DNA of 36,694 nt, taken from assembly GCA_018817805.1 (NCBI GenBank), contig JAHITC010000020.1, positions 1 through 36,694 on the forward strand. The letters are read 5' to 3'. This document shows positions 9,253-15,508 of this stretch, in pieces. Source of the stretch: Patescibacteria group bacterium. GTDB lineage: Bacteria; Patescibacteriota; Kazan-3B-28; UBA10110. The notes under the pieces are model-generated. The model had not been told where the DNA came from, made no database searches, and saw only the letters and a program-made list of their open reading frames with translations. A program made the translations under genes and the position numbers. Position 1 is the stretch's first letter, and each line of letters begins with the position of its first letter.

Positions 9253-10170
9253 TTAGTTATGTTTAACACCTACTAAATAATCGTAGATGGCTAAGGCCGA
9301 CTTGGCGCCTTCGCCTGCAGAAATAATTGCTTGTTTAAATGGAATAGTTGTAACATCGCCGGCCGCAAAAACACCGGGCAAAGACGTATGGTTATAATCA
9401 TCGATAATAATCTCACCTTTTTCATTACGCTCTACTAAATCTCCCAGAAAATCGGCCTTTACTTCATAACCAATTTCTATAAAAAGTCCATCTGTAATTA
9501 TTTCTTCAGTGGTTTCGGTATCAAGATGCTTTACTGTTATATTCTCGACAAAATCGTGCCCATGAATAGATTCGACTACTGTGCTATAAATAATTTTTAC
9601 ATTACTAGCTAGCCTTAGACTATTAATTAAAACTGCTTCAGCGGTTAAGGTGTCCCTGCGAGCGACCAAATAGACTTGTTTGGCAATTTTAGAGAGTAGA
9701 AGCGCTGCATCTACTGCCGAGTTATTACCTCCCACCACCACCACGTTTTTACCAAAGAACAAAGGGGCATCACAAGTTGCACAGTAAGCAACACCCTTGC
9801 CTAGAAACTCCGCTTCATTAGGTATGCCTAATTTACGCGACACCCTACCCAAAGCAAGTAGAATTGATTTGGCGCTATACTCTTTACCTCTAGTGCTCTT
9901 AATCGTAAATCTAGATTCTGTTTTAATAATGCTTTCAATATCTGCATCTGCTATTTTGGCACCAAACTTTTCAGCTTGATTCCTGGCAGTTAGCATTAAT
10001 TCGATACCAGAAATACTTTCTACTCCAGGATAGTTTTCAATATTTGAATTTAGCGCAGCTTGCCCGCCATAGTTCTTAGCCAAAACTAATGTTTTAATCG
10101 CCCTTCTGGATGCATACAAAGCAGCAGTTAAGCCAGCAGGGCCACCCCCCACTATAATTAAATCGTCCAT
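9253..10170 (-). CDS. trxB: Thioredoxin-disulfide reductase
   Basis: IVGGGPAGLTAALYASR (FAD site), CATCDAPLF (redox-active CxxC), VVVGGNNSAVDAAL (NADPH site) and GVFAAGDV. Confidence 0.9.
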   Translation of the reverse strand: MDDLIIVGGGPAGLTAALYASRRAIKTLVLAKNYGGQAALNSNIENYPGVESISGIELMLTARNQAEKFGAKIADADIESIIKTESRFTIKSTRGKEYSAKSILLALGRVSRKLGIPNEAEFLGKGVAYCATCDAPLFFGKNVVVVGGNNSAVDAALLLSKIAKQVYLVARRDTLTAEAVLINSLRLASNVKIIYSTVVESIHGHDFVENITVKHLDTETTEEIITDGLFIEIGYEVKADFLGDLVERNEKGEIIIDDYNHTSLPGVFAAGDVTTIPFKQAIISAGEGAKSALAIYDYLVGVKHN

Positions 10171-10225
10171 TGGACATTTGATTCATGAATAACTTTTTTA
10201 GTATATCAGTTTCAATCTTATCTAC

Positions 10226-10259
10226 AAAAATACAGCCCCTTTGAAGGGGCTGTATTTTA
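10226..10259 (-). terminator. Intrinsic terminator (symmetric, A-run/T-run on both sides) after the acidic small ORF
   Basis: A 9-bp stem TACAGCCCC/GGGGCTGTA (10231-10239/10246-10254) has a 6-nt loop. It is followed on the minus strand by a U5 run (A5 at 10226-10230). Confidence 0.7.
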
Positions 10260-10269
10260 TCTTTAGAGA

Positions 10270-10431
10270 TTAGAGATCTTCTTCTGTGTCGTCTTCGACG
10301 ACAGCATCAGTGTCATCATCCTCTTCTTCGTCAGAATCATCATCAGCGGACATGCCACCAACAACTTCGTCTTTGTCTTTCTCTTCAAATCCTGAGGAAT
10401 CCATGTCCTCATCGTGATTGTAAAGATCCAT
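10270..10431 (-). CDS. Unannotated 53-aa hyper-acidic protein
   Basis: The ORF is below the track's size cutoff. The start context is ttttGGAGGttcgtATG. Translation: MDLYNHDEDMDSSGFEEKDKDEVVGGMSADDDSDEEEDDDTDAVVEDDTEEDL, ending in TAA. By hand count 27 of 53 residues are D/E. It has its own promoter-like element and terminator. Confidence 0.6.
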   Translation of the reverse strand: MDLYNHDEDMDSSGFEEKDKDEVVGGMSADDDSDEEEDDDTDAVVEDDTEEDL

Positions 10432-10498
10432 ACGAACCTCCAAAACGATTACTAATATAATAAGACTTATGTCTCCCTAAATTAGGGGTACATATAAG

Positions 10499-10526
10499 AA
10501 ATTACCACAACCCCTTTTGCTGTCAA
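10499..10526 (-). promoter_or_regulatory. Sigma70-like promoter for the acidic ORF
   Basis: Minus strand reads TTGACA-16 nt-TAATTT. A 13-nt palindrome CCCTAAATTAGGG (10475-10487) lies just downstream. Confidence 0.35.
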
Positions 10527-10583
10527 TAGGGCACCGAAATAAATAAGATTAGAGCCATCTCACAGATCCGATATCATTATTTT

Positions 10584-10658
10584 TGGTAGCCTGTAGGGGA
10601 GTCGAACCCCTCTTTCCAGCTTGAAAAGCTAGCGTCCTAACCGATAGACGAACAGGCC
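10584..10658 (-). tRNA. tRNA-Glu (UUC), CCA encoded
   Basis: The reverse complement is ggcctgttcgtctatcggttaggacgctagcttttcaagctggaaagaggggttcgactcccctacaggctacca. Anticodon loop is TTTTCAA and the predicted terminal pair is G1.U72. Confidence 0.85.
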
Positions 10659-10661
10659 TTA

Positions 10662-10736
10662 TGGTGGGTCCAGAAGGACTCGAACCTTCAACCAACTGCT
10701 TAAGAGGCAGCTGCTCTACCATTGAGCTATGAACCC
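10662..10736 (-). tRNA. tRNA-Lys (CUU), CCA encoded
   Basis: The reverse complement is gggttcatagctcaatggtagagcagctgcctcttaagcagttggttgaaggttcgagtccttctggacccacca. Anticodon loop is CTCTTAA. Confidence 0.9.
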
Positions 10737-10814
10737 GTACTTTAGCATTTTATCAATATTATTAGATAGATGACGATATTTTATTAAATCTACTCGGTTC
10801 TGTCGATAAACTTA

Positions 10815-10889
10815 TGGTACCCCCGGTAGGAATCGAACCTACATCTTAAGCTCCGGAAGCTCACGTTCTATCCATTGAACTACGAGGGC
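10815..10889 (-). tRNA. tRNA-Arg (CCG), CCA encoded
   Basis: The reverse complement is gccctcgtagttcaatggatagaacgtgagcttccggagcttaagatgtaggttcgattcctaccgggggtacca. Anticodon loop is TTCCGGA and the predicted terminal pair is G1.U72. Confidence 0.85.
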
Positions 10890-10963
10890 ATAAATTAAAA
10901 ATTAAACCTTTTTGGTTTTGCTAAACTATCAGATATTTATCAAAACACTTTTTATTATGCGTG

Positions 10964-11039
10964 TGGGGTGGCCGATGGGATTCGAACCCACAACCGCCTG
11001 GACCACAACCAGGTGCTCTACCATTGAGCTACGGCCACC
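10964..11039 (-). tRNA. tRNA-His (GUG) with encoded G-1 and CCA
   Basis: The reverse complement is g-gtggccgtagctcaatggtagagcacctggttgtggtccaggcggttgtgggttcgaatcccatcggccac-c-cca. Anticodon loop is TTGTGGT and the extra 5' G sits opposite C73. Confidence 0.9.
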
Positions 11040-11044
11040 ATGCA

Positions 11045-11120
11045 TGGCGTCCTCGACAGGATTCGAACCTGTGGTCTACTGCTTAGAAGGCAGTTGCTTT
11101 ATCCACTAAGCTACGAGGAC
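11045..11120 (-). tRNA. tRNA-Arg (UCU), CCA encoded
   Basis: The reverse complement is gtcctcgtagcttagtggataaagcaactgccttctaagcagtagaccacaggttcgaatcctgtcgaggacgcca. Anticodon loop is CTTCTAA. It lies only 5 nt from tRNA-His. Confidence 0.9.
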
Positions 11121-11133
11121 AGATAATGTTAAC

Positions 11134-11161
11134 ATTCTAAACCTTTTCTAATATACCTCAA
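11134..11161 (-). promoter_or_regulatory. Sigma70-like promoter of the five-tRNA array
   Basis: Minus strand reads TTGAGG-16 nt-TAGAAT, ending 13 nt upstream of the tRNA-Arg(UCU) 5' end. It is overlapped by the perfect palindrome AATGTTAACATT (11125-11136). Confidence 0.45.
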
Positions 11162-11218
11162 AAACACCTCTGACCTAATTATATTCAGCCAGAGAACAAA
11201 CTAATTTAGATTATGAGC

Positions 11219-11578
11219 TTATGCGTTTAAGTATGCTTTGTGAGTGCTTAGCATCGAACGCGTTTCAGGAGGGGACATGATAAAAAACTGTAAAAATCCG
11301 AGTTCTGAGATAGTTAGTTTTTTGAAAATCTTTTTAGAATTACGATCTACCTTAGCTTCTTCCCAGCTGGGTTGAATTTCGTGTAAAAGTTCATGAATTA
11401 ATGTTACCACTCGATCGTTAATGTCTATGTGTTTGTTAATGAAAATCTTTAGGTCGTCTGGTAAAATATATCCTTTGGTTGCTCTAGCCAGCCCACCTGA
11501 TTTTTGGCGACTAAAATCACTGGTGAGAATCACCCGATAGCCAGAATGAAGTAATACGGATTTTAGTTTACTAAACAT
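11219..11578 (-). CDS. Small putative zinc metallopeptidase (HExxH), family undetermined
   Basis: 119-aa ORF with VTLIHELLHE preceded by a SprT/DUF45-like strand pattern (GGLARATKGYILPDDLKIFIN). There is no signal peptide and no Shine-Dalgarno. Confidence 0.5.
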   Translation of the reverse strand: MFSKLKSVLLHSGYRVILTSDFSRQKSGGLARATKGYILPDDLKIFINKHIDINDRVVTLIHELLHEIQPSWEEAKVDRNSKKIFKKLTISELGFLQFFIMSPPETRSMLSTHKAYLNA

Positions 11579-11625
11579 ATCTTTAGTTTTTGTTTTGTTT
11601 TGATAGCTTTGTCAGCTATTTCTCT

Positions 11626-11654
11626 ATTATATCATAAAAAACTGTAGCTGTCAA
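11626..11654 (-). promoter_or_regulatory. Perfect-consensus sigma70 promoter for the HExxH gene
   Basis: Minus strand reads TTGACA-17 nt-TATAAT. The leader contains a 6-bp hairpin ATAGCT/AGCTAT (11603-11619). Confidence 0.6.
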
Positions 11655-11700
11655 GGATAATCTGACGCGCAAAAAACACGCCTTGGCGGCAATAAAACTA

Positions 11701-11775
11701 TGGAGCGGGTAACGGGAATCGAACCCGTATCTTCAGCTTGGAAAGCTGACATAATAGCCTTTATACTATACCCGC
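11701..11775 (-). tRNA. tRNA-Gly (UCC), CCA encoded
   Basis: The reverse complement is gcgggtatagtataaaggctattatgtcagctttccaagctgaagatacgggttcgattcccgttacccgctcca. Anticodon loop is TTTCCAA. Confidence 0.9.
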
Positions 11776-11820
11776 ATCAGATGCTCCGGTGTAGGTAATA
11801 ACATAGCTATTATACATAAC

Positions 11821-11852
11821 AAAAGCATCCTTCCCCAACAGGAAAAGATGCC
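11821..11852 (-). terminator. Probable intrinsic terminator after hup (imperfect stem)
   Basis: Minus strand reads GGCATCTTTTCC-TGTT-GGGGAAGGATGC followed by TTTTGTT. The stem contains internal mismatches. Confidence 0.4.
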
Positions 11853-11884
11853 TTTATATAGTTCAATTTATATCGAAAAAGATA

Positions 11885-12157
11885 TTACTTGATGTTTGCT
11901 CTTAGGGCTTTTCCAGCCTTAAAACGAGGAACCTTAGAAGCTGGAATCCGGATAGGATTACCAGTTTGCGGGTTTACTCCATTACGAGCAGCTCGCTTAC
12001 TGACTGTGAAAGTCCCGAAACCGGTAATGGTTACGTTCTTACCGGACGCTAAATGGCTTTTGACTGTGTTAACAAACACGTCAATCGCTTGCGTAGCGGT
12101 ACTCTTCGAAATGTTTGCCTTGCGGGCAATCAGATCAATGATTTCGGATTTATTCAT
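11885..12157 (-). CDS. hup: HU-family DNA-binding protein
   Basis: MNKSEIIDLIA..GFGTF.V..RAAR.GVNPQTG..I.IPA..VP.FKAGKALR is the canonical HU/IHF signature. A GGGAGG lies upstream of the ATG. Confidence 0.92.
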   Translation of the reverse strand: MNKSEIIDLIARKANISKSTATQAIDVFVNTVKSHLASGKNVTITGFGTFTVSKRAARNGVNPQTGNPIRIPASKVPRFKAGKALRANIK

Positions 12158-12185
12158 TTTACCTCCCAGTTAAATATTGCACCTG

Positions 12186-12214
12186 CATTGTAAAATACCT
12201 TGGTTCGGTTGTCA
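12186..12214 (-). promoter_or_regulatory. Sigma70 promoter for hup, overlapping the ruvX stop codon
   Basis: Minus strand reads TTGACA-17 nt-TACAAT. Confidence 0.6.
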
Positions 12215-12616
12215 AATGCCAGTCAGCTTATCTAAATATCCCTGCAAAATTAAGACCGCCGCGGCCTGGTCGATGTCTTCTTTTGTTAGTTTATTACCAA
12301 TAGCCAGCAATCCTTCTTTTGCCATCCGGCTGCTTAGCCTTTCGTCGGCATATTCGACTGGTATTTGAGTTATTCTTTCCAACTTCTCTGCCCATTTTTG
12401 GGTATAACTCGCTTGGTCGCCTAAGACGCCCTGCATAGTCCGAGGCAACCCGATTACAATCTTTTCAATTTTTTCGTGTTGAATAATTTCTGTAATTGTT
12501 GGGAGTGTTTTTTTATCATTTATTATCGTCGACAGCCCCACTACAACTCTTTCTTGTGTGTCTCCAAGCGCCAACCCAATCCGTCGTTTACCTAAATCGA
12601 TACCTAGGATTTTCAT
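12212..12616 (-). CDS. ruvX: YqgF/RuvX putative pre-16S rRNA nuclease / Holliday junction resolvase-like protein
   Basis: MKILGIDLGKRRIGLAL.D, IVIGLP and DER.SS are YqgF signatures. It shares a 4-nt overlap with the upstream ORF. Confidence 0.85.
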   Translation of the reverse strand: MKILGIDLGKRRIGLALGDTQERVVVGLSTIINDKKTLPTITEIIQHEKIEKIVIGLPRTMQGVLGDQASYTQKWAEKLERITQIPVEYADERLSSRMAKEGLLAIGNKLTKEDIDQAAAVLILQGYLDKLTGI

Positions 12617-14256
12617 TGGCCTATGTATGAAGTGTTAATTTTAATATTGCTTTCTAAGAGAGGGAGTTTCTTAACCCAAAATGGCCACAATACTATTTTG
12701 TGAGAAACGATGTCTGTTAGGCTAGTAATTAATCTACTAACACTTTCCTCTGACCTATTAGCAATACTGCCTACTAGTTCTGCCTCATCAATTTTAGAAG
12801 CCACCAAACCATCTATTTCGACCGTGTAATCGATAATGTGTGAAAGGAAGTCTGCGTTGTCGAGCGTAACTTTTGGATTTTTTAATGTCTGTGGGGTAAG
12901 CTCTTTACCAATTGGCACCACTGCAGTAGTAGAGTTTTGAATAATGCTTGCCAACCTTCCTTTGAGTGGAAGCAAAGTCCAACTCCTAACTTGCACTCTT
13001 AGATCGAATGCTTCTCTTTTATCACCCACTCCATTTGAAGGCACGCTATCTATAATGTCGTTTTGAATAAGAGCAGTAATTAGTTCTTCGTCTTTTTTAA
13101 CTTGTTTTTGTAATTCAATAGCAATGTCTGAAAAAACATTTTTACTAATCGATTCTCTCGCAGATTTAATATCATCTTCGGAAATAATTTTAACTTCATC
13201 GTCGGTACCACCAACAAAAGGTTCATCATTTTGACCATAGACTAATTCGACCAAGAAGTTGTTTAGGCCGGGTATAGTTAGCTTGGTCCCGGCTGGCAAG
13301 TTACCAACACTTCCACCACTATCGGCCGCTACTCTAACCCTAGAACGTCCTGGCATCAAAGATCCGTTGCTAGCCGCTCTAGCTGGTGCAATTAAAATCT
13401 CTTTGTCGATACGAAAAACCTGCCCATCAGGACTTACAAATCTAGTTTGAGCCACCAGGCCTTGAATTACTTTTGTGCGGTTATATATTACAATTTCTCC
13501 GCTAGCGGGATTACCATAGTTCTTTACCCCAGTAGCAGGGAAGGTTTGAATAATTTCTTTAGGCACCTCAATAAATCTACCTTTAAATACATTTTGACCA
13601 GCTGCTTCTGGATCTTGAGCATCAGCCAACACTAGTTTGAATTTATGATTAAATGGTTCAGACTTTATTTCTAAAGAAACGGTGGCCCTAGGCAGGACAA
13701 AATAGAATACGCCACCTAGAATAATTAAGGCCAATAAGATAAATAGAAAAGAAGGATTGGTTTTGCCCCCAAATATCTTTAATCTAGGCCTACTTTCTTC
13801 GATATCAGCATCAGTGGCAACAATAGAAGGGGAGTCCACCTTAATAACTGTCTCTTTGGTGCGCCTAAATTCAGGAAACTTTGGTTTATATTTAATTTTT
13901 ACACGCTTGTTTGTAATTGGTATTGGTGGAAGCTTAGTGGGCTGCACATTACCTTGGTTATCATTGCTCGCAACTACTGGTGCCACACTAGCGTTTTCTT
14001 CTTCTGAGCTAGAGCGAAGAACAATCCCAACTTTTTCTGCCAGCGCTCTGCCGGCTTGATCTAAGGTCGAAATGGATAAGTTTTTCCCCATACTTTCGGC
14101 ATTCGACTTAAGAATCTTCAAGTTTACACTGCCATGAAACAAAGCAGAACTCTTTGGGATAACTAAAACTACTTCGTCGCCCATGACGTTTGCCATTTTA
14201 TCAATAGCTGTGGCCAAGTCGGCAGTAACGTCTAAATATATTATTTTTTTATTCAT
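12613..14256 (-). CDS. Bitopic membrane protein of unknown function. It has an N-terminal cytoplasmic domain, one TM segment and a large extracytoplasmic beta-rich domain, possibly baseplate-J/gp47-like.
   Basis: 547 aa with a single TM segment PSFLFILLALIILGGVFYFVL (about aa 168-188). Segments such as ASGEIVIYNRT and VRVAADSGGSVGNLPAGTKLTIPG resemble baseplate-J-type repeats. That resemblance is from memory and was not searched. Confidence 0.5.
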   Translation of the reverse strand: MNKKIIYLDVTADLATAIDKMANVMGDEVVLVIPKSSALFHGSVNLKILKSNAESMGKNLSISTLDQAGRALAEKVGIVLRSSSEEENASVAPVVASNDNQGNVQPTKLPPIPITNKRVKIKYKPKFPEFRRTKETVIKVDSPSIVATDADIEESRPRLKIFGGKTNPSFLFILLALIILGGVFYFVLPRATVSLEIKSEPFNHKFKLVLADAQDPEAAGQNVFKGRFIEVPKEIIQTFPATGVKNYGNPASGEIVIYNRTKVIQGLVAQTRFVSPDGQVFRIDKEILIAPARAASNGSLMPGRSRVRVAADSGGSVGNLPAGTKLTIPGLNNFLVELVYGQNDEPFVGGTDDEVKIISEDDIKSARESISKNVFSDIAIELQKQVKKDEELITALIQNDIIDSVPSNGVGDKREAFDLRVQVRSWTLLPLKGRLASIIQNSTTAVVPIGKELTPQTLKNPKVTLDNADFLSHIIDYTVEIDGLVASKIDEAELVGSIANRSEESVSRLITSLTDIVSHKIVLWPFWVKKLPLLESNIKINTSYIGQ

Positions 14257-14258
14257 AA

Positions 14259-15506
14259 TTAACTTTGCATGCTTACAACTAGCCGACGTATTATTGCACT
14301 AACCATGTTCTCGTCAGTATCAGTTTCAAGAGTTAGGTTTATCAGCCCCAAAAGTACCGCGTCAGCACTATCAATGGATATCTTCTCGGAACAACCTATC
14401 TTCTTTAGATTGTCTAACTTCATTAAAGCAGCATATGGTTTTTTTGAGAAAGGTAAATTAGTTGTCCATTCTTTAGTCATAAGGGCATTTTTAATTTCCG
14501 GGATCAAACTACCTCCACCAGTTACAAAAATTCGATTCGGCAAAATATCTAAATGACCAAACTCTTCCAAAGTAGCAGTAATACCCTTAACCCACGTAAG
14601 AGACACTTGTTTGAATTTTTCCGATAGCTGCTTGGTAATTTTTTTACTTAATTTGCCGGAGGTGTAATCGTGCTTAATGCGAGCAGCTTTTTCGCTGGGA
14701 TATTTAAGATCAGTTATTGTTTGGTCGAAAGCTCGACTACCAAAAGCAAAATTTTGCATACCCATCACGCTCCCACCACTAACAACTACAACATCCGTAT
14801 TTTCACTACCGACATCTATCATGATGGCCTCCTCCTCATTCTCGGACAGTAATTTTGCAACGGCATATGGGCCCGCTACTACACTAATTAAATCTAGGTC
14901 TAATTCGTCGGCGATTGCTTGCAATGCCCCTAAATGTACTAGCGGCGCAAAGGCGTTAAAAATACTGATCGTTACAGTGTTGCCCTGGAAACCTAAAGGA
15001 TTCTCTACTTTATATCCATCAATTTGAGTATCGATGAGACCAGTACTAATTAACTTAATATCTACCTGATTGCTGGTTTCATTTTCTTCTGTCGAAACAA
15101 TTCTAGCTTGCTCATATGCTTTCCATTGCACTTTATATGCAATATTTTTAATTTCAGTGGCATCTAAGTGGGCTTCTGGTCGAGATCTATGGTAATGCAC
15201 TGTGGTAACTAAACTACGAACCAAGTCTCCTGGCAAACTCATAATTAGATTTTGTGGATGCACTTCTAAATCAGCAGTGGCTAAATCAATAGCTAGTTTA
15301 ATAGTTTTACTAACTTCGGGAATATTAATAACCATGCCACCTCGCATGCTTCCAGCAACATGCACCGCGGTGCCTTTACCTAATATCTCTGCATTATTCT
15401 CGTTTCGTTTAAAAACTATGCATTTTACAAATTCGGTGCCAGTATCTACTGCCAAAAAATATTCACTAATATCTTCTGATTTACGTTTCGCTCTAAAAAA
15501 TCCCAT
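14259..15506 (-). CDS. Actin-fold ATPase of the FtsA/PilM family (FtsA-like)
   Basis: 415 aa. Contains phosphate-1 FLAVDTGTEFVKC, phosphate-2 IMIDVGSENTDVVVV and adenosine motif IFVTGGGSLIP. The C-terminal segment MVSAIIRRLVVSMQS looks like an amphipathic membrane-targeting helix. Confidence 0.7.
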   Translation of the reverse strand: MGFFRAKRKSEDISEYFLAVDTGTEFVKCIVFKRNENNAEILGKGTAVHVAGSMRGGMVINIPEVSKTIKLAIDLATADLEVHPQNLIMSLPGDLVRSLVTTVHYHRSRPEAHLDATEIKNIAYKVQWKAYEQARIVSTEENETSNQVDIKLISTGLIDTQIDGYKVENPLGFQGNTVTISIFNAFAPLVHLGALQAIADELDLDLISVVAGPYAVAKLLSENEEEAIMIDVGSENTDVVVVSGGSVMGMQNFAFGSRAFDQTITDLKYPSEKAARIKHDYTSGKLSKKITKQLSEKFKQVSLTWVKGITATLEEFGHLDILPNRIFVTGGGSLIPEIKNALMTKEWTTNLPFSKKPYAALMKLDNLKKIGCSEKISIDSADAVLLGLINLTLETDTDENMVSAIIRRLVVSMQS

Positions 15507-15508
15507 AA

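Noticed and set aside
10912-11109. 65-aa plus-strand ORF
   Set aside because: It is made entirely of the antisense of tRNA-His and tRNA-Arg(UCU) plus the spacer. The tRNA genes explain the sequence.
11889-12173. 94-aa plus-strand ORF
   Set aside because: It is antisense to hup, which has the unmistakable HU signature, a Shine-Dalgarno and a promoter.
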